A stretch of DNA of 13,625 nt, from the NCBI RefSeq assembly GCF_000143415.4, contig NW_003314359.1, positions 669,190-682,814 on the forward strand. The letters are read 5' to 3'. This stretch comes from Selaginella moellendorffii. Taxonomy: Eukaryota; Plantae; Lycopodiophyta. How positions within the stretch are numbered: the first letter of the stretch is position 1; each line of letters starts with the position of its first letter. A program made the position numbers and the translations under genes. Positions 8,500 through 13,625 of this stretch are shown here, in pieces. Under the pieces are notes generated by a model. It was given only the letters and a program-made list of their open reading frames with translations. It had not been told where the DNA came from and did no database searches.

Positions 8500-11292
8500 T
8501 AAGTTATCATCTAATAAACTAGTATTAAGTATACAACACCACCAAGATCACTATAGTTTGAAGGCATAGGATTAACTATCTAACAAAATTCAATAACAAA
8601 TATACTATTAAGGACACTTAATGATAAAATTTAACTATTAAAGACTATAAATAATATGCTAAACAATTTATAAGAAATAACTAAAAAACACAAAGTATCA
8701 TCGACTTGGCAAACAAAATGTTCATGAATTTATCACCTAAGGGAAATAACATCCAACCTATCAGAACTAAATTTAGCAATAATTAACAGAACAAAATGAA
8801 TGCAACAAGATTAACAAACAATTGTTTATGCCAACTATTGCACTAACCAATTTGAATAGATCCTGGTCAATAACACCAAAGAATTCAAGTTGCTTAAGCA
8901 AACATCAGCAACATCCTACTAATATCTCAAATCCAAAAGACTAATTCAAAGAAAACCACAAAGAATATGTGGTAATATGAAAAGCTATAAGCCATCAATA
9001 AAAATAATTAACAATAATGAAAGATTATCAATCATCTTATCAATAAAGACATGTAGAATCATTGTTGAGGAAAGAATTTACTATCCTGAAGAATGGTAAA
9101 TCATTTTATATCAACAATAATCAAGCAAAACGTTTTAACAAGGATAATTAAATATCCTAGATGACAATCAATTATCATCAATGATTACTAAATACAAATT
9201 ACCAACTTCAACATCAAAACTAATGAGCTAAAATGCCTTCCCTAATAACTTTTAACAATAAGCATAAAACTCAAAGAACCAAAAGTTTGAAGAAGCCTAT
9301 ACCCAAGTCTCATTTAACAATGATCATAAGTTTCATATAAACTAACTTCAATGTTAAAGAAGAAATCATGGTACAACCCAATATCCTCCTCAACACATCT
9401 ATAAGCTAAACTTCATAACATAAAAGCATAATGAAAAACATATTTGTATCAATCTAAAAGCTAAATCTAATGAAGCTATGTTAACAAGTGATCACTAAAC
9501 AATCCTTTATAAATCCATCTTTTAGAGCAAGATATAATTCATTTCATAACAAATACAAAAAGAATCATTAATGATCAATATATTCTCAATTTAAATCTAA
9601 TAAGGAATAAATAACTCCAATATCAACCATTAACTCTTTCTCTCGTAAAGCTAATATAGTCTATAACTAAATCACTTTTCCAAAAAAAGCATAAAGCTTA
9701 ACTTCTACTAAACAATCTCGCCTAGAACAAAACTAACTCAACTTGCTATTTAACTCATTTGAACACTAACATAATTGTTAACTAACAAATGCATGAATGC
9801 CAAATAATACAAAGTTACAACAAAATCATTAACACTATCTGCTTCAAGATTATAAAACTCAATATCAGTCCTATGGAGAGACACCTCATCTCACTCTAAT
9901 CCCAATGCCAATAATATCAACATTAAGATATCACTTCAATACTATCAACACCAAAACAAGTTAGAAGAAAGTAAGAGCAAATCACCACTCAAAGCTCTTT
10001 AATAACCAAATTAACCAAAGTCAAAGATACCTTAGTTAATATTCGAGACTAATCTTTGAATTATACTTAGTTTAAGATAACATTTCATCAAGGAGTGAAT
10101 CACTACATCCAAGACTCAATGAAATCTAATGCTATGGACTAAATACAATCAAATGATATTGATAAAGGTAAAATTGACATGCTAGCATGGAAAAATTATG
10201 TAAGTTTAACAATACAAGCCTCTGCAATACCATTCGATAAAGTAAGCCCATCGCCATTAAATCATTATCAAGTAAAGCAAGTATCAAAAGTCCTCAATAA
10301 AATCTACAAGTAATCATTACTCTTAAACCAATAATCACTCTTCAACTTACCTTCATAAGACCTAAACACTAACTCACATCATTAAGTCATATACTTGTCC
10401 AACATGAAGGTGTAACCTTAGGTATGAGATATAGGAATATAGACAAGCACAGACTAAATGACTAACAACAATAAAATCACTAATACGTTTAGCTAATAGG
10501 TTTGAGCATGTCTTGAAGAGACTAACTATACATGATCAACACTCAACCGAAATTAAAGTGAAGACCATGAGATAGACTTATATTGGTACACAAGCTCTTA
10601 ATAGATAATATAAGTATGAGCACCTTAACCACAATAACTAAGCTAGACATCAAGGCATAAGGCTACTAAGATAAAGTCTAGATTAGTGAGAGCTCACTAC
10701 TCTAATAGAATATAATGAAATACAAAGTGTAACCATCTATATAACATAAAATGCAATAACCACCTTTCACACCAACTTCAAACTTTATCCAACTCAATTG
10801 TTTTAGCCCTAAAAGTCAACATCTCTTTTGGGCTACATCATACAAATTACTTACAAAGGTCTAAGGTAACCAAAGTCAACTTCACTAGTTTGGATTAGCT
10901 TATGAAAATAGAATGGTTCTTGTGCAAAATGATCAATAGATCAATTATTGGAAAAGTTTAAGAAAATTTATGGAAAATTTCCATCCTAGAGAAAGAATGA
11001 CTCTTAATCTAAGAATGCAAATTCTTAACACTCAACTAACTTCCTTTTTTCTACAACTTCGCATAGGTTCATCTCGTCATAAATTCTCAAGACCCAAACA
11101 ACATGCTTAAGCATCAAATATCATGCTTCTATTTTCAACATCCGATACCATTATCCGCAAAAGCTAATGAATACTTAAAACTTGATCACAAAAACCACAT
11201 TTTTGAATATCCATATTGCATTTACACTCTTCTTTAATCATCTTCAAATTCTAGTACAAAGCTAAAACACTAATAAAAAAATATAAAAAAAA
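8500..11292 (+). mobile_element. Highly decayed L1-type LINE ORF2 (RT to zf-RVT) with possible A-tail
   Basis: Colinear relics: LKNGKSFYINN (about 9087; cf. LKNGKSPGxDG), PITF-NNKHK (about 9240; PITLLNxDYK), SLKKPIPK (about 9285), NILL (about 9380), KLNLMK (9458; KLDxxKAYD), SHSNPNANNINI (9889-9924; YADD eroded to NANN), AWKNYVSL...SAIP (about 10185-10235), KIEWFLCKMINRS (about 10905) and TLN*LPFFYNFA (about 11030; zf-RVT). AATAAA plus an A-rich run at 11272-11292. Ends are approximate. Confidence 0.7.
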
Positions 11293-11947
11293 CATGAAAA
11301 TTCAAAGTCTAAGGAAAATTTAAAATAATAATACCACTTCCACTAACACAAGTGCTAGTAACACCACAAGCATTGTGTATGTCACTATTTCAAAGGTTTA
11401 CATGAATATTAAAATGCCAACTCAATTCGACAAAATGCAATATAAATGTAACATCATATCAATAGAGATTTATAACACTTGACACTAAACTCATGCCACT
11501 CTTTTCCGACAAAACTCAAAACTAATCTAACACTAGACTATTCAAGGAGTAATAGCAAAGTTCCCTAAAAAAGAAATGAATATTGCAACCTAAACTTTCC
11601 AATAAGAAGCCTAAGCAAAATAGTTTAGTGCTTTAAAAATATCCATCCCATGACTCACCATTTGTAAAACCATCATAATTAACATGCATCAAAGTAGGGA
11701 CTTTTGATTGTATGATGTGAATATGAGCAATGAGTTAACACTTCATTGCAAATCATCTCTCCAAAAAGAGAAAATGATTTATATATTTAATCCTTTATCC
11801 CTAATGATTCTCTTTTCGGTCTCATCTTGATTAAACCTCAAGCTTATGTTTGCACTACCTTTAGTTCCAATCCAAATTTTTTTTATAAAGAGAGCAGTGG
11901 CAATAATTATTGAACCAAAAGACTACCCCCTACAGTTTTGATTGATC

Positions 11948-12068
11948 NNNNNNNNNNNNNNNNNNNNNNNNNNNNNNNNNNNNNNNNNNNNNNNNNNNNN
12001 NNNNNNNNNNNNNNNNNNNNNNNNNNNNNNNNNNNNNNNNNNNNNNNNNNNNNNNNNNNNNNNNNNNN
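11948..12068. other. Assembly gap (121 N)
   Basis: Run of N. Confidence 1.
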
Positions 12069-12566
12069 GGAGCAAACCAAGTTTAGGGCTTGGGCACTAA
12101 ATGAAGGAACAGAGCTAAACTTCCAAATTTGCAATTAAGGAATGAAGGAACTAGATCATGGAGTGACTTTTGAGCATTCAACTTAATATGTAGTAATCCA
12201 CTTTTAGGTGTTTTTTATGAGTGGGAAAGAAATAAAAGTTTAACCTTTACATAAATATAAATATTAAATTGTTAAGTGAGCTTTCTAACATAGTATGGAG
12301 CAAAGAGAAAAAAGCATAGAGCAATGTTAGAACAATCCTAGAGCTTCTAACATCTTAATTGTAAAACTAACACGAAGAATGGAGCTAAATGGAGTCTCGC
12401 ACTATTTTAGGATATGCCTAATATAAAGATATAAGTACTTCATTAGCTAGCTTGGAATGGAACTTAAGTTTAGACTTAAGTCAGATGTAGAACAAGAATA
12501 AGGTTACCCATCCCTAACCTACCCATTATCCCTACTATACATTTGGAACCCCCTACAGTAGTTAAT

Positions 12567-13066
12567 TATAAGTTTTTGAATTTGAACTTCCCAAAAAAAA
12601 GGTGCACTTTTATTCATGGGCCATTTCCCTTCCTTATCTCTCAAATCATTTTCTTTGGTTACTTATAATCCATCACACTTCTTTGCAAATTCACACCCTC
12701 GTGAACGAAAGCTAAAGGCCATAGCTCTTTTAAGAGCCCTACTTTATTGACACCCTAACCTTCTGGTCAAGCCCAGCCAAAGGCAAACTAAACCTGCCAA
12801 ATGTTAATTAACATATGGTGTGATTCCATTAGCTAACCAACAAAGTCAGACCTAAGACCCCTTTGATACCAAATATAAACTTTTGAATTTGGGCTTCTTG
12901 GGAGGTCACCTAACCCAATATCATTTAAATTTAAACGCTAAACCCTAAGTATCTAAAACCCTTAACTAATTAAAAAAGAGGGTGCACTTTTATTTATGGG
13001 GCACTTTCCCTTTATATTTAAACCCTTATAGATTATTTCTTGAGTCGTTCTCTTTGGTTGCTAGCA
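12567..13066 (-). mobile_element. Cassandra-type TRIM, copy 2 (5' LTR 12874-13066; internal 12668-12873; internally deleted 3' LTR 12567-12667)
   Basis: The reverse complement aligns to copy 1 throughout. PBS TGGTATCAAAG (12861-12871), 5S-like segment at about 12891-12952, TSD-like flanks TTAAT (12562-12566) and TTAGT (13067-13071). Confidence 0.92.
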
Positions 13067-13625
13067 TTAGTCTCTAAGACAATCACAAAAACTTACTAAA
13101 TATAAAATGACACTAAATTGGAATTTGGATGTAGAAATAACACCATCATATTTAGGATAATCTCTACATTCTATAGATATGCCAAATGAACAAATCTAGA
13201 CATTTTCCATAAATAGCTAATGGGACTAGAAATGAAACCAACACAAGGGGCATGATAGCAAGAGTGTTTTGCAAACACAGTAAACTATCATTTGGCGATA
13301 TTAAGAGATTAATTTCAATATGTGGGGGTTTTTATTAGTTGCTAATGCAAGACACAACAAGACAAGAACTCCTTATTGAGCTAAGTATGTTTAGATAATA
13401 ATACGTAAGAATTCCGTCCTTATGCTCATCCAATCTAAGTATACTTGAAATGACCAATTAACTCCATTAGCACAAGAGGGACTGATAAAAGGTCCAATAA
13501 TACTAACCTCCTGTTGTTATAGTAGTAAAGAAAGAATATCCAAAAAGATTGGTTGATAGGTAATTTTTGATACTCACAATCACATTCACAACAAGTATGG
13601 TTGACTAAAATCTATTCAAATCGGC

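Noticed and set aside
11907-12138. ORFs spanning the N run
   Set aside because: Artefacts of the assembly gap.
11926-12559. Repeated 11-mer CCCCCTACAGT (11926 and 12549)
   Set aside because: Does not extend and brackets no coherent element; compatible with chance.
13570-13625. Minus-strand DFSQPYLL..ECD as gypsy RNase H
   Set aside because: A single short motif at the window edge; the downstream sequence does not continue the RNase H pattern.

Overview
AT-rich plant genomic window, probably from a seed-free vascular plant (inferred from a 54-nt intron and a 5S-derived segment that resembles fern/lycophyte/bryophyte 5S more than angiosperm 5S). It holds one intact gene: a two-exon + strand gene (3656-3926, 3981-4624; 304 aa) for an acidic Pro-rich, likely disordered protein with a plastid/thylakoid-like presequence and an upstream ABRE cluster. 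A decayed PLS-class PPR relic lies tail-to-tail with it on the - strand. The rest is old nested retroelements: a Ty3/gypsy relic (gag, protease, RT), two copies of one Cassandra-type TRIM with 5S rRNA-derived LTR segments (6751-7345 +, 12567-13066 -), and a decayed L1-type LINE ORF2 (about 8500-11290). There is also a (TG)n(TA)n microsatellite and a 121-N gap. The TRIM LTR pair shows extreme transition-biased decay (hand count: 39 transitions, 5 transversions, no indels in 195 bp). All motif matches were made by eye against recalled consensus sequences.
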